Of a DNA stretch of 64,000 nt, positions 27,346 to 38,980 are shown piece after piece (within the stretch, counting starts at the first letter, position 1; the number at the start of each line of letters is the position of its first letter). A model generated the notes under the pieces. That model did no database searches. It saw only the letters and a program-made list of their open reading frames with translations, and was not told the origin of the DNA. This DNA is from Octopus vulgaris. Its lineage: Eukaryota. The translations under genes and the position numbers were made by a program. The stretch covers positions 117,676,001-117,740,000 of the forward strand of contig OX597819.1 of NCBI GenBank assembly GCA_951406725.2, written 5' to 3'.

Positions 27346-28067
27346 AAATATATATATATGTATAAATATATATATATATGTACAAATTAACGACTAAGGA
27401 AACGTCTACCGGGATGCTGGAGATACACGAGATATCGGACTGATTTACTTCGTAAGGTAAATTAATTAGATAAGATTATTTCGGTAAAATAATTCTTCGT
27501 GTGAAACGTGTACGAATGGAGTTTTGGGCGTGATGCTAAACAACAATCAGAAAATATAGTGTATGCGATATAAACGTCTTACACATTTCAACCTACTTTA
27601 GTTACGATTTTATGGTAAAATATTCCGACATACTGTATAGCAATTCTTATTATATTAGCCAGTATATTCATTCTCAGCCGGATTATAGTATTTCATTTTG
27701 TTAAATCTATTGCGTTTATCATATCTCATAGTCTTGACCATAGAATGAATACTTCTAGAGCTTCTTCTGCATTATTTTAATGGAAAACTGAACTTTGAAT
27801 CTAGACGGATAAATTCACATTTCATGATTCTCTTGAGCTTTCTACATAAATGATTAATTGTCACAAGGTGTTTAATTATTGTTCATAGAATTTTATTCAC
27901 TAATTTAATACGAATTACATTTCTTCTTATATCCTTTGCTAATTATCCTTTCAATAGTTGCTGACACCAATTAAAGAAGTAAAAATGAAATAAAATCCTC
28001 AGACATTTAATCACATATATATTATGGGAATGGATTTCTATCAATAGTGTCTGGTTGTCTTAGTGTC

Positions 28068-28141
<74 letters not shown>

Positions 28142-28145
<4 letters not shown>

Positions 28146-28297
28146 TGTCTGTGTGGTAAGTAGCTTGTTTACCAACCACATGGTTCCGGGTTCAGTCCCA
28201 CTGCGTGGCACCTTGGGCAAGTGTCTACTACTATAGCCTCGGGCCGACCAAAGCCTTCTGAGTGGATTTGGTAGACGGAAGCTGAAAGAAGCCCGTC

Positions 28298-28341
<44 letters not shown>

Positions 28342-28563
28342 GCGTGTGTGTGTTTGTGTGTCTGTGTTTGTCCCCCTAACATTGCTTGACAACCGATGCT
28401 GGTGTGTTTATGTCCCCGTTATCTAGCGGTAAGGCAAAAGAGACCGATAGAATAAGTACTGGGCTTACAAAAGAATAAGTCCCGTTGTCGAGTTGCTCGA
28501 TTAAAGGTGGTGCTCTAGCATGGTCGCAGTCATATGACTGAAACAAGTAAAAGAGTAAAAGAG
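28142..28563 (+). mobile_element. SINE family A, full length
   Basis: Complete head, internal (TA)n(TG)n, and tail aacaagtaaaagagtaaaagag. Inserted at a (TA)n tract. Confidence 0.92.
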
Positions 28564-28584
28564 TATATATAGGAATTACCATTT

Positions 28585-28627
<43 letters not shown>

Positions 28628-28629
28628 CA

Positions 28630-29785
28630 ATCCAAACATGAACAAGCAAGAAAAAACAACAATGCGAGGACATGGAACAAGTACTGTGTTATTGGAGGCC
28701 CAGAAAAGGCAAGAAAAGAAAGAGGATCTCAGGTTTCGAGCGGATCTCTTCATCAGAAATATAGAAAAATTCCAAAGAAGCGAAGGCGGAGAAAGAAAAT
28801 CCCCAACGATACACACGCGGTCAAATATTACAAAGACCGGAAGGGAATGGGTGAAGAAAATGTTCATTTTAAGACAGGAGAGTGCAAGAGAAGGAGGTAT
28901 GTGTAAGAATGTGTGGGTATGTGCGTGCACTCTTGTCTGTGTGGAGGTGGGCGTGAGGGTAAGGATATCACGCCTATGTGCGTGTATGTGTGTGTGTTTG
29001 TGGTAGTTTATGTATATTTGTGATTGGACTAGTTTCGCTTAAGGTCGTAGGAAGAATTCATAGTAAGAATTTTGGTAGGAGTGGCTGTCTGTTATGTGTC
29101 TCCCTACATATGTACGTAGGAGAATGGTCAGTAGAAAGGTGTTTAACTGGTAGTTTGAAGTATGTGTGTGAGTTTTGTATGCAGTGTGTGTCTGTGTGTA
29201 TATGTATGTGTATGTACGTGAGGGTATATGTGTTCGCGTGATGTTATGTGTGCTATTGTGTCTGTGGAGAATATGTAAGTTATTGTGTGTGTGTGCATGT
29301 ATGTATGATTGTGTGTTGGATGTGTATGATGGGTATATGTATGAGTGTGTGTATGAGAGGAATGTGTGGGTCCATTTGCACGTGTGCATGTGTGTATATA
29401 TATATATATGTGTATACGTGTGAGTGTATTTGCGTGAATACATGTGTGTATAGGTATGTAATTTGTATACGTGTATGTATGTGTACAAGTGTGTGTGAAC
29501 GAGGGTTTGTGCGAGGTTTTGCGCGTGTATGCGTTTGTGTGCGTGCGTGTGTATGAAAATATTTGTGCAGTTTTGTGTGCGTGTATGTGTGCATGTATGT
29601 AGTTGCGTGTGCGTGTGTATATGTGTGCGTATGCGGGTGTGTATACGTGTATGCGTGGATGGTATTGTTAGGTATGTGTGTATCCGTGTGCATGTGTGCG
29701 CATGTGTATGCGTGTGTGTGCATGTGCGTCTATATGTGTATGCGTGTGCGTATGTGTTTGCCTGTGTATATATTGTGCGTGTAGG

Positions 29786-29817
<32 letters not shown>

Positions 29818-31190
29818 TGTATGTATGTATGTGTATGTGAGTTTGTGTATGTGCGTGTGAGTGGTGTTATGTGTGGCGTTTGTGTAGGGGTATATGTACA
29901 TTTCTGTTCGTGTGTATATGTGTGCGCCTTTGTGTACGTGAGTGTGTGCGCGTGTGTATGTGTGTGCGTGTGGGTATATGTGGGTGTGTGGGTGTATGTG
30001 AGCGTGTTTGAGCGTGTGTTTGTGTGCGGCTGTATCCGTGTGTGTGCGTGTATATGTGCGTCTGTGTATGTCTGTATACATGCCTGTATATGTGTTGTAT
30101 GTGTATGGTGTGTGTGTGAGGTATATATGCGTTCATGTGTCTGCACGGGTACATGTATTTGTTCATGTGTGTAGATATGTACGTGTGAGTATGTGTTCGT
30201 GTATATAGAATTAACTATTAGAATAAATTACAAAAAGAATAAGGCTGAAAGGGCACAAGAAGAACTAATACGATATAAAATGGCGCAATTGAAAACAAAA
30301 TGTAAAAAATTAAATAAGGTTGCTATGTTGCAGGAGGTTGTAGAGCCAATCAATAAGAGAGGAGGGGTTCTGTTTAATCCGGAGTGTATAGCCATTCGTA
30401 GATTAAAAATATAACGCTGTTCCAGGCAGAGTCGCGTGTATGTGGATCTGTGGTGCAGAGCGAGGCCAAAGACGGAGATGTTAGAAGAGGAGTGGTTGAC
30501 CAAGCGGAGGTGACGGGCGACGGGTAGGTGTTCGAACGTAGCCCAACATCCTTTAGATGTTCGGTGAACCAGTCAACGAGTCGGTGAACCGTCTGGCCTA
30601 CGCATAGTTTACCACGGAGGTTGCATCTAATAAGGTATATGAGGTTAGAAGAAATGCAAGAGAAGGAATTTGTGATGCGAAGAGTGTGTTGACTAGAACC
30701 AGTGAGAGATGCAGTGTTGGTGATGAAGGGTCAGGTGTGTTAGCGGGATCCGGTTGTGGCTGGGGGAGACGAATAGGTGCTACGGAGCAGAAGATCGCGT
30801 AGATTCCCGGGGCGTTTAAAGGAGGACAAGTGGGTGATGGGGCGGGTGATGCGATCGAGCTGGAGACGACGGAAGGCTCGTAGGATCCTCCGACGAAGGA
30901 GTAGGGACGAGGGGTGGAAAAGGAGGAGAAAGAGGGTGCGGTTAGGGGTTGGTGTGAGTAAGGAGAGAGGGCAGTAGTGCGATTAATTCGGCGAGCGCGG
31001 GTAAGGGCGGTTTGGACAAGGGTTGTGGAGGTACCCTTGATGCCTGAACAGGCGGGCAAGATACTGGAACTGGGTCTGAAAATCCTGATCTCAAATGCAC
31101 TGGCGTCTGAGGCGGAGGAACTGGGAGTAGAGGGTAGCCCCTTTGGTGTGAAAGGGATGGGAGGAGGAGAAGTTTTTTTCGTCTTATCTT
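28630..31190 (-). mobile_element. Penelope-like element 3' portion (GIY-YIG remnant, long low-complexity region, pseudo-LTR with hammerhead core)
   Basis: Minus peptides TALTRARRINRTTAL, SSFKRPRNLRDLLLRS, CISSNLIYLIRCNLRGKLCVGQT and TRLCLEQRYIF at 30.4-31.0 kb. CUGAUGA-AGAG-AUCCG-CUC-GAAAC at 28733-28756 on the same strand. Confidence 0.75.
28900..30205. repeat. Degenerate (TG)-rich low-complexity tract
   Basis: Seen directly. It gives rise to the many CV/HT-rich ORFs. Confidence 0.9.
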
Positions 31191-31656
31191 CCTCTGGTAT
31201 GATGAGTTACAGCTTTTATATTAATTATGATTATCAACAGAGCTGAGGGGAATTTCATTAAGGCGCGTTCTCCGTCATAAAGTCAAATACACTGGAGTCC
31301 CATACGTATAAATATTTGTCAATTAGTCAGTTGAAAGACCTCGATCGAGTGGCATCAATGACATATTAATTGGACAAAGTCTCTATGAACGAGTGTTTAA
31401 TACATACGTACATTTCCATTGGAATCTATTGTTATAGATGGATTAAAGTACGTACCTACAGGCTTAAATATTGACCTAGAAATTGTTGTTTTCTCGAAGA
31501 AAGTTTTAAAAAAACCGTGGCTATAAAAAATCTTTGCGTTGCATTTCTTCTATGCTGTGGTCTTACAATTGATATCATAGTGATCTCTTCTGACGGGTTC
31601 TGAAGAGTCATATCCCGGTTCATTTCCAGCTTTGCAATAAGTTTCGTTCTGCCATC

Positions 31657-31868
31657 TTTAACTCTTTAACTTGTTTCAGTCATTTGACTGCGGCCATGCT
31701 GGAGCACCGCCTTTAGTTGAGCAAATAAACCCTAGGACTTATTCTTTGTAAGTCCAGTACTTATTCTATCGGTCTCTTTTACCGAACCGCTAGGTGACGT
31801 GGACGTAAACACACCAGCATCGGTTGTCAAGCAATGCTAGGGAGACAAACACAGACACACAAATATAT

Positions 31869-31921
<53 letters not shown>

Positions 31922-32081
31922 TACGACAGGCTTCTTTCAGTTTCCGTCTACCAAATCCACTCACAAGGCATTGGTCGGCCCGGGGCTATAGCAGAAGACA
32001 CTTGCCCAAGATGCCACGCAGTGGACTGAACCTGGAACCATGTGGCTGGTAAGAAAGCTATTTACCACACAGCCACTCCTG
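31657..32081 (-). mobile_element. SINE family A inserted in the Gypsy gag
   Basis: Full-length reverse-complement match to the other family A copies. Confidence 0.92.
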
Positions 32082-32458
32082 CACCGTTTTTAGTAGTAAG
32101 TCCCAGAACAAAAGTCAGACGCATGAATGAGTTTGGAGTTAGTTTATCCAGTTTAAATCTCTTGCACTCTCTGTTCATTCTACTCGCATATGTGGTGAAG
32201 TCTTCGTTATCGCTTTTCTCAGTATTCCAACATTTCCGCCATGTGTTAAACAATGATGATTTTCCTTTTCACTACAATCCTACAGAAAATATCAATTGTG
32301 TCGGTGAAATTTACGTCAGAAATGTTTTGGGCAATATAAAGTTACAGTATTCCTCAGTCTCTATCGTACTCAGTTTCGTCAGAATTAGATGCATTTTCAT
32401 TTCCTCCCTCCAGTCGTGGCATTCTTTTTCAAAATTGTATTCAAAACTTCGGTAATAT

Positions 32459-32690
32459 ATTTCTTTACTACCCACAAGGGGCTAAACACAGAGGGAACAA
32501 ACAAGGAGAGACAAACGGATTAATTCGATTACATCGACCCCAGCGCGTAACTGGTACTTTATTTATCGACCCCGAAAGGATGAAAGGCAAAGTCGACCTC
32601 GGCGGAATTTGAACTCAGAACGTAACGGCAGACGAAATACGGCTACGCATTTCGCCCGGCGTGCTAACGTTTCTGCCAGCTCGCCGCCTT
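32459..32690 (-). mobile_element. SINE family B inserted in the Gypsy gag
   Basis: Full-length match. TSD aacttcggtaatat at 32445-32458 and 32704-32717. Confidence 0.92.
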
Positions 32691-33358
32691 CGTAATATGC
32701 CTCAACTTCGGTAATATGCCTCAAAGTGACCCTTGTTCAGGGTCATATTAAAATTCACTTACAAAATTTGCTATATTGTCTGGCGAAAACATATTTTTCG
32801 TCTTGTTCCCAACTTCAGTAGTTGGTGCATTTGTCGTATCATTTGCTGTTTTGTCTGATTTTGAGTTGTTGGTCTTTTTCACGCCAACAAATTTTCCACG
32901 GTTTTACGGATCTTTCTTAAAATATGTACAACAAATGTATTTGTTACTCCTTCATCCGGTTTTTAAGTTCTCCACCTGCAAAATCTCTCAACGTCGTCCG
33001 CGTGTATTGTATATTTTTCATGTAGAACAAAAAAAATTTTCAACGATGTCTTCGTGTATTGTTTCTATCTCGTGAATATTTCTTCAACGCGTGAATTGTT
33101 TATACCATCGTCGCCACTGCTTTAATGTGAAACCTCGTCAACTTGTATGTAATTGTCGGCACAGTAAAATTCTTGTCACCTCTATTGTGGCAGCATTCCG
33201 AGTCATATTTTCTTTGATTCGTCAATTGCCCTATCGCTAATGGTTCCGCAAGACATTGAGATTGAAACGTCTACATTGACGGTATCTCGAACTCGTATAT
33301 ATCGCATAACTGACACTGACTCCAACTGAGGACTCACACAAAGACTCTACTACTACAG

Positions 33359-33390
<32 letters not shown>

Positions 33391-33403
33391 ATTTTATAGA
33401 AGG

Positions 33404-33454
33404 AGCTTCTACAAGACTAGTACTGTTTCATTCAAATGAAATCATCAGGAAGCT
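33404..33454 (-). ncRNA. Type I hammerhead ribozyme motif (isolated fragment within a TA tract)
   Basis: Minus strand AGCUUC-CUGAUGA-UUUCAUUUGAAU-GAAACAG-UACUAGUC-UUGUA-GAAGCU. 6-bp stem I and GUA triplet, but weak stem II. Confidence 0.65.
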
Positions 33455-33518
33455 GTATATATATGGCCAATATATATATAATATATGTATATATGCGCAC
33501 ACATACTTAAACACACAC

Positions 33519-33588
<70 letters not shown>

Positions 33589-33589
33589 A

Positions 33590-34130
33590 AAATGTTTATA
33601 ATCATGAACAACTCACAATTATAACTAAAAATCACCCGTTTGAAATAACCAAAATTGCTACAAAGCCATTATAGCATTCATATTACTTCTCCTCACAATA
33701 AAAACTGTCTTCGGGCGACATGGCAAATAGAATCCACAACTTGAAAACAACTGGTTAATTCCCTATTGCAACTTCGGTGTTAGGGACCATTTAAGAGACC
33801 CATTTCCCTCGTCAGGGGAAACGTTCCTATAGATAGAGTTCAAAACAAGACTTTACCTTGGGGCTAGCAGGAATCCCGACCGGCAATAGAAATGTTTTCA
33901 ACTCTATCTAAACAATCAAGTTTTCAATTCAAATGCCATGTAAAGCGTTTATGTGAAAAATCGATAATTTCGAGCCACGGCAAAATCACCAGATATGAGT
34001 TCGGAAAATATAAAGTACAGAGTAATGTAAAATTATTACGAAGGATATGTTATAAATAATTAAGATTATTTATGACTATATTAATGATCAAACGTTTTAT
34101 CATAGAATATAAAGATGAAAAGCACTTATA
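33590..34130 (-). mobile_element. PLE pseudo-LTR-like repeat, copy 1, with hammerhead motif at 33759-33820
   Basis: Homologous to 35480-36012. Minus strand UUCCC-CUGACGA-GG...CC-GAAG-UUGCA-AUA-GGGAA. Confidence 0.65.
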
Positions 34131-34144
34131 ATTATGAACAAGTC

Positions 34145-35474
34145 AGGAGTGGCTGTGTGGTAAGTAGCTTGCTAACCAACCACATGGTTCCAGGTTCAGT
34201 CCCACTGCGTGGTATCTTGGGCAAGTGTCTTCTGCTAGAGCTCCGGGCCGACCAATGCCTTGTGAGTGGATTTGGTAGACGGAAACTGAAAGAAGCCTGT
34301 CGTATATATATATATATATATGTGTGTATGTGTATGATCTATATGCTGTGAGTCAATGGGCAGACAGAAACAAAATGCAACTGAATGAGGGAAAATTTGA
34401 GCTGATGCATTTTGGAAGAAATTCCTCACTAAAACACCCATACTCTCTTCCTTCAGGGGAACCGCTCACAGCCTCTAGCAATATCAGAGACCTGGGTGTA
34501 ATTGTTGATGACGATCTCAGTTGGAGTGCACACATCAACAAGAAGGTCGATATAGCTTGTAGGATGAGTTCCTGGATCTTAAGCACTTTCCGGTCCAGAG
34601 AACAAGGTGTCATCATACCACTTTTTTCCTCCTTTGTACGGCCACAACTTGAATACTGCTGCCCACTGTGGTCTCCTCAAACAAGACAAAACATCTCCAG
34701 AATTGAGTCACCCCAGAGGGCACTCACTAAACGAATTGAAGGCATGGCTGCTCTCAATTATTGGGATCGCCTTAAAACCTTGAAACTTTACTCCCTCCAG
34801 CGTCGCCGTGAGCGGTACATCATTTGTACGATGTGGAAAATATACCGCCAACTTTGCCCAAACGAACTAAACATTAGCTTCAAGGTTCATCCAAGACTTG
34901 GACCACGGGCTATACGTCCCCTGCCCAATTCAAGATCACAACATACATGTACACTGCAACATAATTTCTTTTCCTCAACAGGCCCTGCCCTATTTAACAT
35001 TGTCCCGAGGGAGATCAAAGAGGAAAAGGATCCCATCAACTTTAAACAGAGTCTGCATAGATTCCTTCAAAGAATACCAGACAAGCCACCCATAATTGGA
35101 TACAACTCACCCAACAAGAACTCACTACTTGGACAAAACTTAGCTCAAACAAAACTTGACTTAAACAGGATTCGAATAATCCTATCAGGTGGTGCTATTA
35201 AGTTAGACATGGCCTGGACCAATCTTTGGTCGAAACATATCTAAGTTTATCTAAGTTTATGTTTGTGCATCTGTGTTTGTCCCCCTAGCATTGCTTGACA
35301 ACAGATGCTGGTGTGTTTACGTCCCCGTCACTTAGCGGTTCGGCAAAAGATACTGGTAGATTAAGTACTGGGCTTACAAAGAATAAGTCTCGGGGTCGAT
35401 TTGCTCGACTAAAGGCGGTGCTCCAGCATGGCCGCAGTCAAATGACTGAAACAAGTAAAAGAGTAAAAGAGTAA
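34145..35474 (+). mobile_element. SINE family A, interrupted by a LINE
   Basis: 5' half at 34145-34335 and 3' half at 35259-35474, with the LINE inserted in the internal microsatellite. Confidence 0.92.
34336..35260 (+). mobile_element. 5'-truncated CR1/L2-group LINE (ORF2 RT C-terminus and 3' end)
   Basis: ORF 34324-35244 contains W...NKMQLNEGKFELMHFG, IRDLGVIVDDDLSWSAHI, VRPQLEYCCPLWSP and LYSLQRRRERY. Tail is (atctaagttt)x2. Confidence 0.92.
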
Positions 35475-35479
35475 GTCAC

Positions 35480-36012
35480 AAATACAACTATGAGGATTTA
35501 AAAAGCATTACATGTTAAAATTGAAGCCATAACCGCTGTATTATTTCTTCTCATATTTTTTCTCCGCCCGATAAAAACTGTCTTCGGGTTACACGATAAA
35601 TAGAATCCACAACTTGAAAATTATTGGTCTATTCCCTATCGGAATTTCGGCGTTAGGGACCACTTATTTATAATTATAACTTGTTCCTAATTATAAACGT
35701 TTATTTCCTTCGTAAAATTCTACGATATGTTTGCCCATTGATATATTCATAAATAACCTTAATATTTTATAATATATCGTTCCTAATGATTTTACATTAC
35801 TCGTTGCTTATTTAAAGTTTCCTAACTTATATCTGCCGTGGCTCGAGATTACCAGTTTTTTTCACATAAACGCTTTGCATGGCTTTTGAATTGAAAACTT
35901 GATTGTGTAGATAGAGGTGAAAACATTTCTTTTGCCGGTCGGAATTGTTTTGACTTCTACCTATAGGAATATTTCCTCTGAGGAGGCGAAAGGGTCCCTT
36001 AGTTGGTCCTTG
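35480..36012. mobile_element. PLE pseudo-LTR-like repeat, copy 2, internally inverted
   Basis: 35560-35665 is a direct repeat of 33690-33793, while 35700-36012 is an inverted repeat of 33782-34108. Confidence 0.7.
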
Positions 36013-36663
36013 CACAAGATATAAAATCCCTCTTTTCCCTTACAGTTTGGAGTCAACAAACACTATCACCTCCTCTATGCATGTTGACTGGTCATTTCAT
36101 TCCTTGATGTTAAATCTCTTTGGTCTACCTTGGAAAGAGAGACAGAGAGGGAGAGATGGAGAGGGTAGAGAGGGAGATGGCGTGGAAGAGAAACAGTAAC
36201 AGACAGAGTCGAATGCACACAGCTACATGTAAAGATACATAAGCACAGAGGTGCACATATATTCATATTAATACATTTAGAAATATAAATCCACAAAAAC
36301 ATGGGTTCGATCGGGTGTAATGTAATTGTATGTACATTTTATCTATTTATTCTTCTTCCCTCGTATAATGTGTGCTTGCAAGAATGATTAGGATTTACTT
36401 AATCATTCATCAGTTGCTAGGAATACATCTAATCGGTTAGCAGCAGGTTTTTAAGTAATATTTCTTGTTGCTATTGAAGCTCTGAATTTTCGCCCCAATG
36501 AATTTAATTACAATGTTTTTGTTTGTAAATTACAGTGTTGAAATAAATAGATAGTTTTGATGTTTCAGTGTCTACAGTAATATTTGCTATTGAGAATTGC
36601 AATATGGACATTCAAGATATGTGAAGTTGGAATGTATGTCTCAGATTTTACATTAGAATATGC

Positions 36664-37040
36664 ATTATAATAAAAAATGATAATGAAATTACTGTATACA
36701 GTGCTCAGGTGCACCACAACTTGTCAAAAAGTGCGTATAAAGTATATGCAATAATGTACAAATGTCTGGAAAGCCAACAGTGTACGAGTCAGACACATGC
36801 TTGCGTGTGTATGGAGGGGAGAAAATCGGGTGTAGTGTTGGCGAATCTCAGGAAGCATGGAAGTTTTGAAGGATGCAGTGCTCCGACAACTAACAACTGA
36901 TGCCGGCAGTTTGTTCCATACTTCAGCAACTCTTAACATGGAAAACTGTTTCCGAAAGTCATGGGAGCTGTACTGTTTTCTGACTTTGTAAACATGTCCA
37001 CGGGTGTTAGACAGGTAGAGTTTGAAACGGTGCTCAGAGT
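36664..37040 (-). mobile_element. CR1-type LINE 3' fragment
   Basis: ORF 36724-37110 contains NTRGHVYKVRK...FRKQFSMLRVAEVWNKLPASVV...FK, the typical CR1 ORF2 C-terminus. (att)n-like tail near 36665. Confidence 0.85.
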
Positions 37041-37052
37041 TATTGTTTGTAA

Positions 37053-37097
37053 GATGGTTAATAATTTTATGGTTAATAATTTTATGGTTAATAATTA
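37053..37097. repeat. 15-bp tandem repeat x3
   Basis: atggttaataatt(t/a)t three times, at the 5' junction of the CR1 fragment. Confidence 0.85.
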
Positions 37098-38595
37098 TAA
37101 TGTTGTTCAAATTCTACCTTATGCTAGAAACCATGAAATTATTTGGAATCAGAACCGACAATATCCGCGAGACATTTGCGAAACACCACTCAGAATTTTA
37201 TCATAAATAAACAACAAATCAAATTAGAAATTAAAAAGCACAGAAAATACATATTTATAGTAGAGCGAACATTACAAACTTATCTAAAGGCAGCAGAATT
37301 TCTCGAAAATTTATGGCGATCTGTATTCAAATTTGTATTAGACATTTACGTCATGATCACTAATTACATGGTAACAACGTTTCTACATTTTCAAATTGTT
37401 GTCTTTCATCTAATATGGAATAATTGATACTAATCACTATATTACTAATAAAATGGCTTTAATCCCTAATGATTTTTCTCCAACACTATATTTTATTCCA
37501 ACTAGATGTGTTTGTTTATTATTGCTTTCTAAAGCATTTTTTTTTGTTTTACTTCTTTATGGTCATTACGTTTATATTCTTTATATTTCTAGTAATATTC
37601 ATCGATTTAATAATTCATTCTGTTACAATAGTTATTGAACGGTTATTGGCGAATGTACTGCGTTTACCATTTTACAGTGAAATGAGGAAAATTGTATGTT
37701 ATTAAATCTAAATATAGAGTTGTTTGTCTGGGGATAATGAAAGGCCCAGATTCATTATCATAAATCTAGATGTTCATTTCCTCTGTCCTGGAAAACTCTA
37801 TAATACACCACTTAATCATAGGCACCTTTGGTTTTCCTTCAGGAAAAAGATTTCAACGCCATTAATAGTAGATTTAATAGAGATTAAATTTCCAATCGAA
37901 AATAATGTCATGAATATATAACAGCATAATATATGAGAAAGCAATTTCATTTTTGTATGTCAGATAATTTCTTAAAGCAAATATTGTGAATGCGCATACA
38001 TCGATGTGTGTACGTGTGTGTATGCGCGCCCGTGCGTGCCCGTGCGTGCCCGCGTACATATATATATTTGTGCATGGACACATCTCTGTGTTTGTATAGA
38101 CAGTATAATTTGGATATGTCAGAGAAATATATTGAACGTTAATGATGCATTTTTAATAATAGTTGTGTCGTTATAAGCATCATCTACGTTATTGACAAGT
38201 CGAAATACATATTTAAGGATGAAAATTAGGTCCTGCGAATGATATAGGTAAATAAAACCTTCGACATTTTCCATTCAAGGAGGGAAGGTTTACACACCAT
38301 TATGATTGCTATTATTTATAGATTTATCTGTAGCGCTTTTCAGTTTTAAAAATGATTAATTTGACGTATATCCATCAATCTAAATTCTCATGACCTAAAT
38401 AAAATATATATCTGGGCTTTATTTTTCTCTTAGTTTTTCCTTACCAGCTTCCTGATTTTCAAATAGAACCAACTATATACCCAGAGTTTGGAGATTGCTT
38501 GGAGATACGGAGCACACTATAAAACTCTGCCTAACTACATGTTTCAACGGAAAGAATATATTAGCGACTCTAATTCAGTGTGCATTTAATACTAC

Positions 38596-38752
38596 AGGCG
38601 CAAGAGTGGTTGTGTGGGAATTAGCTTGCTTAACAATCACATGCTTCCGGATCCAGTCCCACTGCGTGGAATCATGAGCAAGTGTCTTTTGCTATTGCCT
38701 TAGGCTGGGCAAAGCCTTGCCTTGTGAGTGGAAACTGAAAGAAACCCGTCTT
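38596..38752 (+). mobile_element. SINE family A 5' half, degenerate
   Basis: aggcgcaagagtggttgtgtgg...cagtcccactgcgtgg...gaaactgaaagaaacccgtc. Confidence 0.8.
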
Positions 38753-38913
38753 ATAAATACACAGACATGCAAGACATGCACGAAGTAAATAGACACCTTT
38801 AATTTTCAAAATCTCTTATTTGATACGCAAAGCGAACAATTGCAATGTATTCGATATTAGGATTACATACTTTAGTATTTAGCAGTTTTTAATTCAGAAA
38901 CTCTTCCTGCATG

Positions 38914-38968
<55 letters not shown>

Positions 38969-38980
38969 CAAAATTTAGGA

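Larger units (their letters stand above)
31520..33357 (-). mobile_element. Ty3/Gypsy LTR retrotransposon relic (5' LTR, PBS, gag), interrupted by two SINEs
   Basis: Putative LTR TG...CA at 33357-33118 followed by PBS TGGCGACGA (33116-33108). Gag-like peptides YDPEQG, TFEAYYRSFE, YCNFILPK, SLFNTWRKCW, EDFTTYASRMNRECKRFKLDKLT, FVLGL and RTKLIAKLEMNRDMTLQ resemble K02A2.6-like gag. Confidence 0.8.

Noticed and set aside
34324-35244. 306-aa ORF as a host gene
   Set aside because: It is a truncated LINE ORF2 whose apparent start comes from the SINE microsatellite.
35203-35245. Hairpin followed by GAAAC in the LINE 3' end
   Set aside because: No CUGANGA is present. It is better explained as the LINE 3' recognition stem-loop.
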